60,000 bases of DNA, taken from positions 46,006,001 to 46,066,000 of the forward strand of contig NC_087447.1 of NCBI RefSeq assembly GCF_036321535.1. Direction: 5' to 3'. The stretch comes from Camelus dromedarius. Its lineage: Eukaryota. Shown here piece by piece: positions 38,118 through 49,278 of the stretch. The notes under the pieces were generated by a model. That model saw only the letters and a list, made by a program, of their open reading frames with translations, did no database searches and was not told the DNA's origin. The stretch's first letter is position 1. Every line of letters begins with the position of its first letter. The position numbers were made by a program, and so were the translations under genes.

Positions 38118-39235
38118 GGAGGGTGGAATAGGAGTTTTCTACCATACTCCCTCCAAAAATCACTGATTTTGATAAATACCTACAGACAAAAGTATCTTTT
38201 TTTTTAACATTTTTTATTGATTTATAATCATTTTACAATGTGTCAAATTCCAGTGTTCAGCACAGTTTTTCAGTCATTCATGGACATATACACACTCATT
38301 GTCACATTTTTTTCTCTGTGAGTTATCGTAACATTTTGTGTATATTTCCCTGTGCTATACAGTGTAATCTTGTTTATCTATTCTACAATTTTGAAATCCC
38401 AGGCTATCCCTTCCCACCCTCCACCCCCCGGTAACCACAAGTCTGTATTCTCTACAGACAAAAGTATCTTTGTGGGAGTCTGGGAGTTCAATGGAGAAGT
38501 TCCAGAGAAAAAAGTCCAAGAATAGAGGCATTGAAGAAGAGAACAGTTTCATTTTACCTGCATCACACTACCCCAAAGAAGCAGAACTCAGTGCCAGGAG
38601 AGATCCCCTCTTCTACAGGGGAAAGTAGCAGGGGAGAACCTGGATCCCCTGCCTATGCAAGGTGCTTCCAAAGAGACCCATGTGTTTCTCACCCCACCCA
38701 AGATACTGAGGTGACCTGCATGACTGAGGGACAGGGAGAGCTGGGAGCACAGCAGCCAGGGATTGGAACTCACAGAAGTTCCAATAGGATGCAGATCCTA
38801 TTAACCAGTTTGCAGACTCCACTAGGAAGCCCGGGGATGCCTCACTTCAGACCCTCTGCCTGATCAATAGGCTCTGTCCATTGCTCCATGTGCCTTACCA
38901 CACATCCTCCATAGCTAGCTCCCTGTGTGCGACCCCACGGGTGGAGAGTGCAGGGTTTTATGGATGACCAGTGAGCACACACAGAAAGCTGGCTGGACTC
39001 TGCAGGACTGGGAGAAGGCACACAGAGTTGAACTATCAGCACTACCCTAGGGAGAGCAAATGGGAGGCCAGCAGCACTCAGCCCGGCTCTGCAGGATCAA
39101 GAGAAGGTGTACAGCCTTAAGAATCATCCCCCTCCCATCCCCAAGAAACAAACTGTGTGAGCAGTCACACCCACACAAAAAGTCTGAGAAATCCTTAGAA
39201 TCTCTAGCAGGGCTGACAGGTAATTTTTTAAGACT
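38118..39235 (+). mobile_element. Older L1 5' UTR fragment interrupted by a young L1 tail
   Basis: GC-richer segment starting GAGGGTGGAATAGGAG.. with CAGTTTCATTTTACCTGCATCAC, resembling L1M 5' ends. The sequence is continuous across the TSD of the nested insertion. Confidence 0.55.
38200..38451 (-). mobile_element. Young 5'-truncated L1 3' end with ~20-bp TSD
   Basis: CTACAGACAAAAGTATCTTT at 38180-38199 and 38452-38471; near-identical to the 2304 copy. Confidence 0.9.
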
Positions 39236-39569
39236 CGTTTTATATAAACAAGCGAACATATGACTTATCCTGGAGAATGTTCCTCCTGTGCTTGAGAAGA
39301 ATATGTATTCTGCCTCTGTTGAATAGAATGTTCTGTATATATCAGGTCCATTTAGTCTAAAGAATACTTCAAATCTAATGTTTCCTGAAAATTTTTAATT
39401 AGCAGCATTCCAGAAGGCTGTATGTAGAAATGCTTGGTAAACTGTAGAAACACTTGTCTATCTATAGTTAATAGATACTGTTGTTATTATCAGTTCAGAT
39501 GAGAATAATTAAGAAAAATCTCGTAATGGCCATGTCAAGCTTAATTGTGTTGCACGCACATTGCCCCAC

Positions 39570-40313
39570 TGTGCTGGCTATGAAGATATTGTACCTCTGT
39601 TCTAAAACCACCGTTCTTTATGCTCTGCTGCTGCTAAGAAGGCAGGTTATCATAAACCACACTCATTGTCTGCCAGCTGGGCTCCCTGCTGTATTCTATT
39701 GATTGGAGGATGCTGGAAGGAGGCAGGAATCTACTAGAAGGACAAATATCTCCTTAGGTTTGCTTGCTGTTCCTCGCATTGCCATGACAACAATAAGTCT
39801 TTGCAGACTGGCATGGGGGTCCAGTTTCTAGTTTTAATCTTTCCCACACTTCCAGCACCAATCTCATCATGCTCCCTTGGAAGAAACAGACCCTGACACC
39901 AGTGGGCCCCTTTTCAGGAGTCTGACACCCAGTACTACTCCTGAGGCATAAGTTCCATTTAAAAAGTGCCCTCGCCACAGAGGTTTGGGTCTGGCTCCAT
40001 GTGGTCTGTCCTGTGAACTTCTGAGATACTGCATCCAGCAGGGCAGTACCTTCTCATCACAGGTCTGAGTGTCAACTCTGGGGAGACCCTCCACCAAGCT
40101 TCTAGGTTTTCATAACCTCAGATTCATCTCTTTGTTTTCATAGACTTAAAGATGGAAGTGACATCCTGCAGTTACTATCTCGGTATTATGTCTGTGTTCC
40201 CTCTGTGCCCTTTCAGTCCTCTAATACCTATTTATCCACTTCCTTGGATTAAATACTCCCAGTGTTAACCACAGGTATATGTTCTGTTTTCCTGTCTGGA
40301 GCATGACTAATCG
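39570..40313 (+). mobile_element. Old ERVL LTR (LTR41-like)
   Basis: Starts TGTGCTGGCTATGAAGAT..ACCACCGTTCTTTATGCTCTGCT and ends ATTAAAT..TTCTGTTTTCCTGTCTGGAGCATGACTAATC. Confidence 0.5.
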
Positions 40314-41125
40314 TACCCACTTCAGCTCTCCTTGAGGGGAGGGTCCGATATAGCAACATAAATCCAATCAAATTAAACTATGTCTGCATTTGGTTCCTGA
40401 TGAACTTGGGACTTCAAAGAAATTTACTTTATTTCTAGATGATACTCGCTAAAACTAAGAACAGATTTATTAAGCATTAAGCATAATGACAGTACTTCTG
40501 AAGAAACTATACAGATTGGAGTTGAATTAAGCAGTTATTTTCTCAGAATGATTGTGCTATAAATCTTTCCTGAAGAGTTGGGGAAAAGTAAAAATATTTG
40601 ACAAGAGAGTTTAGATTATGGGCAAGGCAGTAAAACATATATTGATGATGATATTGGCTATTTTATTAAAGGTCAGAGATGCCAGAGGAAAAAAAGAAAA
40701 GTAAAAATATCTGGAACAATTGCATAACCATGGACAATGCCAGTCATACTTGCAGATTTAGATGATAAAATTTGGTAGTTTATGATTAATACCCTTTTTA
40801 TTCCCATCTTTGTCTTACAAAAACAAAAATAAAAACACAATTAATTCATTTGAAACCAAAACTGGGTCATCGGTTATCTTTATCATTATAAATCTTTCAT
40901 CTTGAATTAAGAAATATTAAATAATTGTGGTTTTCTGAGGAAAACAGTAATAGACAATTTCCAGCCTAAATTTGTATCTTTTGGCCCAGAGTCTTCTTAC
41001 TTAAAACGAAAGTGATATTTTGGTATGCTTTTATTTCAAGCATGAGTCTCAACATTTTGGCTTCTATAAATGACATTTTGCTCATCTATACAATGCTCAG
41101 GACTAGAAAAAATTGAAAAACCCAT

Positions 41126-42075
41126 CTAGTTCTTTGTTGCACTGGGATGGAGAATTTTTATCACAGCTTTGCATATCTGTTTGGTCTTCACACTATAGAT
41201 GATGGGGCTCATTATAGGGGGGATCAGCAGGTAGGCATTTGCAATCAGAGTGTGTACATAAGGTGGGGCCCATTTCCCAAATCTGTGAACAAAGGACAGA
41301 CTGATCAATGGAATATAGAAAACCGCAACAGCCCCAATATGGGAGATGCACGTGCTGAAGCCCTTCTTCCTCTCTTCTGGGGATGCGATGCTGAGGACAA
41401 TCTTGATAATCAAAAGATAAGAAACAATAATGAAGATTGAGTCCACCCCAGCAGTGGTGATCAGGGCTGTCAGTCCAACTGCACTATTGATCCTGGTGTC
41501 TGTGCACGAGAGCTTCATCACATCGGGGTGGAAGCAGTAGGAGTGGTGGAGCACGTGACAGCGGCAGAAGGACAGTCATTAAGAAGCACCACCATAGGAG
41601 TCAGTATTAGTGTCCCCCTGGTGATGATTGCTACTGCAGTCTGTGCTATTTTAAGATCAGTTAAGATAGAGGCATATCTAAGAGGATTAGAAATGGCCAC
41701 AAATCGATCAAAGGCCATGGCCAACAGCACTGAAGATTCCATGACAGTGAAGAGTTGAATAAAAAACATCTGTGACAAGCAGGCATTAAAGCTGATCTCC
41801 CTGGCATTGAACCAGAATATCCCCAACATGGTGACCAGAGTGGATACGGACAAGCCAAGGTCAGTGGTGGACAGCATGGAGAGGAAATAATACATAGGTT
41901 CATGAAGGCTGGGCTGGGTGACAATGGCATAGAGAATCAGGCTGTTTCCTGAGAGAGCGATTACATAGAGAAAGCAGAAGGGAGCAGAGATCCAGGTGTG
42001 GAATGCTTCCAGCCCAGGAACACCAGTCAGCAGGAAAATAATGGACGAGTATGTGGCATTTTTGAAAGCTGACAT
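41126..42075 (-). pseudogene. OR51F-like receptor (resembles mouse Or51f23) with a single 1-bp frameshift
   Basis: The N-half ORF MSAFKNATYSSIIFLLTGVPGLE..TPMVVLL and the C-half LSFCRCHVLHHSYCFHPD..PSATKN are in different frames. The break is at CTTCTTAATGACTGTCC (about 41575-41582). The span is 950 bp (951-1). Confidence 0.9.
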
Positions 42076-43844
42076 AATTGAACACAAACTGAAGAATCTT
42101 AATCTGAGTGTTCTGCAGTTATAAACTGTATTTATTATGCAATCAACATGAAATTAATTATTTCAACAAGTAAACATTTATCAAAGAAAAAATCTGTATT
42201 ATATAAAGGGCTCATGAAGATCAATTAAAAAAAGAAAACTAAGATCACATCTAATAAAGGAGCAAAAGACAGAAAATGAACAATTACGGGAGGATACAGA
42301 ATTTGTATGCAAACAAGTTTCATAACAACCCATTTTATTTAAATTCACATGTCTGTTGAGTGAGATTGTACCCATCAACTTCCTGACTTCATGTGGTAGA
42401 AAATGATTAAATATTTGTTGAAATCTGTCTATAGAGATGAGTGAAATTTTAGATGAATAGCAAACAGTATATGCAGTGAATCTGATATAGTAAATAAAGG
42501 AAGTTAGCGTCTCTTGGCCCCCAAAAGAAATCCTCTCTTCATCTCCTGGATACTTTCAATCAGGTTGAATATCTTCAATCTGAATAAATAACTAACATTT
42601 GTTGAGCCCCTACTAGTGGTTGTGATAATATCTTGTATAAACATACAGTCTATTTGCAACATCATAACTTGAAATGTACCTAATTAATTTTCATACCACA
42701 AAAAGATTATAAGCAATCAAGACAATTATTCCAATTACAAATAGACTGATTTGAGTATAGAGGGTCTCTAAAGTAAATATTATGGGACTATTTTGATGTT
42801 AACTTTTTGGCATATTAAATCAAGTTTTAGGATTGCATATTCTAAACTTTGATGTATTCAAACATGGATGAAAGTATTTATTGGCTGAGTTACTCACATG
42901 ATAATAAACTGGTGTGCCTGAATTTCTCCATCTCTAAACTAATAATGATATATATTACCCAGGGGATGATTGTGAGGACTAAGTTAGTTAATGTATGTGA
43001 AAAGCTCAGGAGGGTACTTAACAATGATGCAAAAGTTCACCAAATACTAGCTATTATCACTTAAAAATTAAAGTTAAAATGTAATATGGTCATTTCCCTC
43101 CCTTCACCACTTCTATTTGCATACGCCTCCCCACTTATCCATGTATCTTATTATCTGATAGCTGAGAGAAGAGGTGAAAATATTATATATTAGAAAGTTG
43201 TGGTGGGGAGGTGTCAAAAAAAAAAAAAGGCTTCCTTGAGAACAGGAAGATTACTTGTGCAGAAGTTGATAGGTAAAAATCACCAGGAAAAAATTCTAAG
43301 CACATCCGAATTTCACATATTTTCAAAATGCCACTACACTGTGAGATATAAAGTGTTAAAAGGTGGTGTATAAAGGTAACAGGAATCCAGTATGGAATTA
43401 TCACCATTTAAAGGGTAAGGAATGTGGACTTCTTCTAAACACTAGTTAAATAATGAATATGTAAATCTTTTTGTACTTTGATATAATCCCAACAATTTTT
43501 CCTTCTTTTTTTTTTTTTGAATTTGTATTCCCTTTATTTGAAGCACTATCACAGTCTGTAAATATTCCAACTTCTTCCTCAACCTAAACAATTTGTTAAA
43601 GAAAAAGGAAAAGGAGGGAGAGAATGAGGGATTGAAAGAAGGAGAGAGGGAGGAAGGGAAGAAAAAAGAAAGAGGGAGGGAGCGAAGGAGTGAGGGAGAA
43701 AGAAACCCTTTCTTATTAACCCTGACTCCCTGTTGCATGTTTCTCCTTCCTCATTTGTCTCTTAAAGGGTTTACACCTCTTTAATGAGTCATACCTAGAG
43801 TGGAAATCTGACTTCTTTTTCACTGAAACATACTTACGAGGTTT

Positions 43845-44330
43845 CAGCTAAGCCTATGTTCTCATCTGGAGCTCAGAGTCCTCTTCCAGACTCATTCAGG
43901 TTGTTGGCAGAAGTGAGTTCCTTGTGGTATAGGATTCAGGTCTCCATTTTCTTGCTGGCTGGTAACTGGGGATTGGTCCTAGCTCCCAGAGACTACGCTC
44001 AGTCTCACCCAAGTGGACCTCTCACAATATCACATCTTGCCTTTTCTAATCTAACTGCTCTCTCCACTGCTTTTTCTCTCTTTTAAAGGCATACATGATT
44101 AGGTTAGGCCCACCCAGTATAATCTCATTTTTTGTTAACTCAAAGTCAAGTAGTCATGGACCTTACTAACACCTGTGAACTCCCTTTGCCATAAATGTAA
44201 TGTAGTAAGAGAAGCAATATCCCATTACATTCATAGGTCCACTCAGACTCAAAAGATGGGTTTTTATACTAGACAAGTCCATAAGAGGCAGGAATCTTGA
44301 GGCTTCTTTTAGAATTCTGCCTACCATAAC
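43845..44330 (-). mobile_element. MaLR MLT1-type LTR
   Basis: CTCATCTGGAGCTCAGAGTCCTCTTCCAGACTCATTCAGGTTGTTGGCAGAA..GATTAGGTTAGGCCCACCCAG..TTAGAATTCTGCCTACCA. Confidence 0.8.
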
Positions 44331-45958
44331 TGTCTAGGCCATCTAATCTCCAGATGTTTATAGGTTCATCTTCTGCAGTATCCTTTGACTGACTATCCTT
44401 ATCCTCCAGCTCCATCACCAGTACTTTACATAACAATCATTTGTTTTGCAGGAACCTAGCAATATTCTCGTAAGTAATTTCCCTGCCCCAAATTTCAAGT
44501 GTTTCCAAACTTTCTCCATATTGATGACAAAGTGATCTCTCAAAAATACATCTTCATGTCACTCCTCACATAGAGCTCTTCATTGCCTCCAGCATGAAGT
44601 CAGAACTCTGTTTATCATAGCAGTCAAGGATCTTCCCAACCTACTTTAACTGCCACCAGTCCTCTTTCCTGCCCCAGGAACCTTTTGACATAGTCAGCCT
44701 TGGCTTTTTCTACTTCACCAAACTACCAAACACAGCAAGTTCTTTCAAATCACTGTGCTTTGCTTAATTCATGTACCTTCTACCCTTTGAATTAGCCTAA
44801 ATCTTTAGACTCATTATTTGCTCCATTTATAAATTGAACATTTCATTTATTTACATTTAAACATTAAATGGTTACACTAGAAAACATTTGGTGGCAACAT
44901 CTTCTCCAAATCAAGTCAGAAGAAATTACTCCTTCTAGAGTCATATCCGTTTTTATTTAAACATCTAGAACCGTGGTTATTCCATTGTGAGTTATTTGAA
45001 AATATGTCTCTCCAAATGAAATAACTGACTGGAAGGTGAATCATTTCTTATTCATCATTATATTACCAATACTGGATTGTGCAGTGTGGGAAGAAAATAT
45101 ATATTTCTTGATATAAATTAAATCCAAGAGTTGTAAACTGACAATGGAAACTCACTGAACCTCCTTCATTCCCACAAAATGACTGGTGTGTGTGTGCAGG
45201 CACGCGTGCACATGCACATTGGGTGTTTTCAATGGAAGACTGTGTCCTGGTACTGTAGAGTAAACTTTTATGTGTCCCCTTCCATTTGTTGGTGGTAATT
45301 CGCACCTTATATGAAGGTAATAGTCCAGTCCCATTGTAAGAACACGCTGCAGGTTCTGTGCTGGACTACCTTGGCTTATCTCTCCTCTGACTACAGAAAG
45401 TTGTTAATATGGTTGTTGGGTCAGGCAAACCTAGGTTTGTTTAAATGCTGCCTCTGCCCAAAACTAAATTAAGTTTTCCAAATGAGCATTTTACATTAGA
45501 GTCTGCTTCTGTGAAATCGGTAGCTTACCAATAGTATTAATTTGTAAGGATTAAGTAAGATAGCATTTGCAAAGCATTTAATCTGCTGACTAGTACTTGG
45601 GAGATATTTAATGATGGTAGATGAGGATGAGGGTGATGCTGGTAATGAATGGTGATAGTAATGCCAGATGGCCTTAGACATGGTTTTGAAATGTGGCACA
45701 GCTAACCAGAAGACTCACAATTAACCAGAAAACTCGCATGCTAACAAATCATTCTAAACAGCAAGACATATGGCCCATGGATCAATTGAACACAATCAGT
45801 CAGAATATTATGTCCCTAATGATACAGATTTCAGGAATGAGCTCTCCACAACTTTCTCTAGGCATCCTGAAAGCTTTTTGCAGTTAATAAAATCTTCCTC
45901 ATTCTTAAAGAAACCAGTGTGTGTAGAGTCTGATATTTTCCCTGAATGCAGTAGTTTT

Positions 45959-46150
45959 ACTTACAAAGTATGGAGGTGTGTTCTTTTCCTGCCATTTGCC
46001 AGGAAAGGGCCTGGGGAGCTGGGAGGTTTACTACTCAGGGGTAGATTGCCTGTATAAGGAGCTGTGATGCAGGCTGTGTGCAATTTGTTAATCAGAAAAC
46101 TCCTGGTGGACTTTCTTGCGTCCCCCAGGGTATAAGGTTTCCCAAGGGTT
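45959..46150 (-). promoter_or_regulatory. Candidate promoter and first exon of the 42075 OR locus
   Basis: Two adjacent O/E-like sites, CCCCAGGGT (46122-46131) and TCCCAAGGGT (46140-46149), plus CCTGGGGA at about 46010; minus-strand donor GTAAGT at 45964-45959. Confidence 0.5.
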
Positions 46151-47312
46151 CATTCTACTTCAGAGCTTCCTTTCCTTTCTATTTTATTACAATTACTTTT
46201 GTCATTTACATGCAAGGACTGATATTATAGTTCTTTGACCTTGTATCCTGGTAAAAGTTTGTTAAAAGTGAATTTGAGGGTAAAAATTCCAGAGAAAACC
46301 ACCTGCTGTATGCCTGAGCTCACTCCCGATCCCTACACCATCCCTGCACCCAGCTGATAAATATATCAGCCTCCAACATCACATGGCTGAATTTTGTACG
46401 TTTTTAATACAACGTCCCATTTCTTTTTTTAAAAACATCACTAATTCTTTCATAAAACACATTAAGTACCTGTCACATTCTAGAGTTTTCCACCAGGAAT
46501 GCAGAGACTAGAACAGAGTCACTTATCTCTAAATGCTCAAAGCCCAGTGAAGAAACAGACATAAAACTTGATAATCACAACAGGACATGTTTATGGTGAG
46601 TGCATCGAAGAGAAGTATTTATCCTGCAGGAAGGTCAGCACCAAGTTTGTCAGGAGACAAGGAAGAACAGAGTCTGGGAAAAACAAAAGTGACTAATAAC
46701 ATATTCAGCCTGCCTGGACCCCTGGGTGCAGATCAGAGTGCATGTGGCCAGTGAAACTAAACCAGGAGGCAGGATCCATGTTGCAAAAGATCTTACAGGC
46801 ATTCTAAAACATTTGAGTCTAAATAATGTAATAGAAATTGCTTAGTTTGAAATTTAATCTTTCTCTTTCCTAGAAAAACACATTTCTACATATTCTCGTG
46901 AAACAACTGAAGCATTCAGGCTTCGTATTTGAGGCTCCATAATATACTGCAGTTCCCTGTGTGGTGCAGTATCAACTGAATGATAAGAATATAGTGTTTT
47001 CCTTCTAAGCAACAATATCTGTTATACAGAAACACAAATTTAGGAAACATTCTCAAACAGAACCTCAACAAGCTCATATAATCTCAGCCAAACACTTCAT
47101 CACTTACTCTTCCAAATTCTGCATCAGATTAACCATGCGATTATTTTCAGCATTAACTCAGACAATTTTTTTTCATATTTCATCAAATTTATTGTATGAT
47201 TCATCATTCGTTTATGTATCACTAGAATAAAAGACCCTCACAGCCAATTAAGCTAACATGCCATTGATTATAAGAAGTATATAATTGTACAGCTTAGAAC
47301 CGAGGAAATACA

Positions 47313-47784
47313 TGTCATGGGACAAGGCAGGCCAGTGTCACAGGCAAAAAAAAGGATTTACCAGAGACAGAAAGTGGAAGGAAAAGTTTGTTAGGGGTAC
47401 ACTGCCACAGACAGCAGCAGGCCACACAGATGAGAGGTGCCCGTGTGAGCACCAAGGGTAGGTTGTTGAGGTCTTTTATTATGGGTAAGGCATTGGTGAA
47501 CACATGGGGTTGGGGTCTGCATGCATGCACAATTCTCTGGTTGTAGGTGAGGCAAGAAATTTAGGGTCTATGAAGGGCTGGTGGGGTTTATGACTCTCAT
47601 AAGGTGGGCTGAAACTAACCAGCCTGAGCTATTGTGAGATTAGGCATTACCTAGGGCTGTTAGTTTGTTAGGGCAAACATGCCCAGTATAGAATGTACTT
47701 TATCTGTTGAGGAGGCGCAGGCAGACATCTGAGAGCCCAGGAATGGGGATCATTGGACTTTGAAGGATGCCAGTTGGCCCCACG
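47313..47784 (-). mobile_element. ERV solo LTR with 5-bp TSD
   Basis: ATACA at 47308-47312 and 47785-47789. The minus strand starts CGTGGGGCC (TG>CG) and ends CCCATGACA, with a TATA-like ATAAAAG. Confidence 0.72.
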
Positions 47785-48024
47785 ATACATAAGTAGTACA
47801 TAACTTCTACGGTTCTTTTAAAGATTAGATGAATTAATATAAATCATATTAACTAACAAATAATGTAAAAGAATAGTTAAAAATTACTTGAGTCACCACA
47901 TCCTGTATTATTTTGGCTCTTTTACATATTCCAATAGCATTTACAAAGTTAGCCAAAATCTTTAATATATTTTCATTAAAATTACAAGTCAATAGTCAGT
48001 TACTAGGTTAAACATTTTATCTTT

Positions 48025-48310
48025 TCTTTTTATTATTTATATAGTCAGTTTACAATGTTGTGTTAGTTTCTAGTGTACAGCATAGTGATTCATTTATACA
48101 TGCATATATATATGTATATTAGTTTTCCTATTCTTTTTCATTATAGGCTAGCACAAGTCATTGAATATAGTTCCCTGCACTATACAGTAGGTACCTTGTT
48201 GTTTATCTATTTATTTATATAGTAGTATCTGCAAATCCCAAACTCTCAATTTATCCCTCCATCCCTCTCCTTCCCCCCAGTAACCAGAAGTTTGTTTTCT
48301 ATATCTCTGT
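48025..48310 (-). mobile_element. L1 3' end
   Basis: ATAGTCAGTTTACAATGTTGTGTTAGTTTCTAGTGTACAGC..ATTGAATATAGTTCCCTG..GTAACCAGAAGTTTGTTTTCTAT. Confidence 0.85.
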
Positions 48311-49278
48311 GGCTCAGACAATCTTGAACAAGCATTGTTTCCTAGGGTCTATAAATAAAAGCAAAAGCTGTAAAAATGTACAGACCTCTCTATTTGATGA
48401 TATTGAATTCGCAGAAAAACATAGCTCATAGAAAAGTGAAAAGTATTGCCTGAAAGAATAAAAGGGAAAAAAAAGTATACTTACGTAGTTTTCTGTGAAT
48501 TGTTGTCATTTTATAAAGAAAGAAAAGTAATATACTTTAAAATGGATTGTGCTGATGTATGCATGACTGTATTATATAAAATTATATGTAATTCATACTT
48601 CTTGAGTCACTCACCATTCTTATTACAGCATAAGTTAATGGTATAGCTTTCATGAGAGCATTCTTTAACACATTTATTTTAAAACACACTAAACAACATG
48701 GTTGCCCTACCTTTAAATTCTCCATTTTTGAAATTTTACTGAGCATTTATGAAATTTGAATCATTGTATTTATGTTTTTATTGCTTGGACTTGAATGTGA
48801 ATTATGTCCCTTCTGTTAAATAGTAAATTTCTAGAAACTAATTGTTCTCATCGGGCTAAGAGTTTCCTAGGTTGGTGATTTTCCCTCTATTTCATGCTCT
48901 TCCTATAGAAAGAGACCACTAACTATGACTCCTCTTAGTATCTGGTACAATGACATGTATACAGTATCATGCATAAGAAACAGCTGTTTGAAACATTATT
49001 TCAATTTAGGTATGTATAGTCAGATAGTTATTCCTTGAGAATGGAGACCATGTCTTCCTTGTTCACTGTTTCACTCTAAGTACTTCCCATAGTGTTTGCC
49101 AAAATGAAGGTGTTCCAAATATATTAGAATATGTACAAAGTTATACAAAAATAAATTTAATTTAATAAGTTTTTTTAAGTTAGCCGTTATTAACAAAGCA
49201 CTGTGATTGGGTCTGTGCAAGATATATCAATCCCCAAAGGATAATGCCTGTTTTCAAAAAGTTTCAAATCAAGCATAA

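Noticed and set aside
43593..43710. Purine-rich Glu/Lys/Arg ORF (similar at 11650-11770)
   Set aside because: Low-complexity GA-rich tract.
47381..47389. AAACTTTTC (class I OR J-element motif) on the minus strand, also at 51821
   Set aside because: Both are isolated copies inside transposon remnants, without the clustered homeodomain and O/E context of an enhancer.
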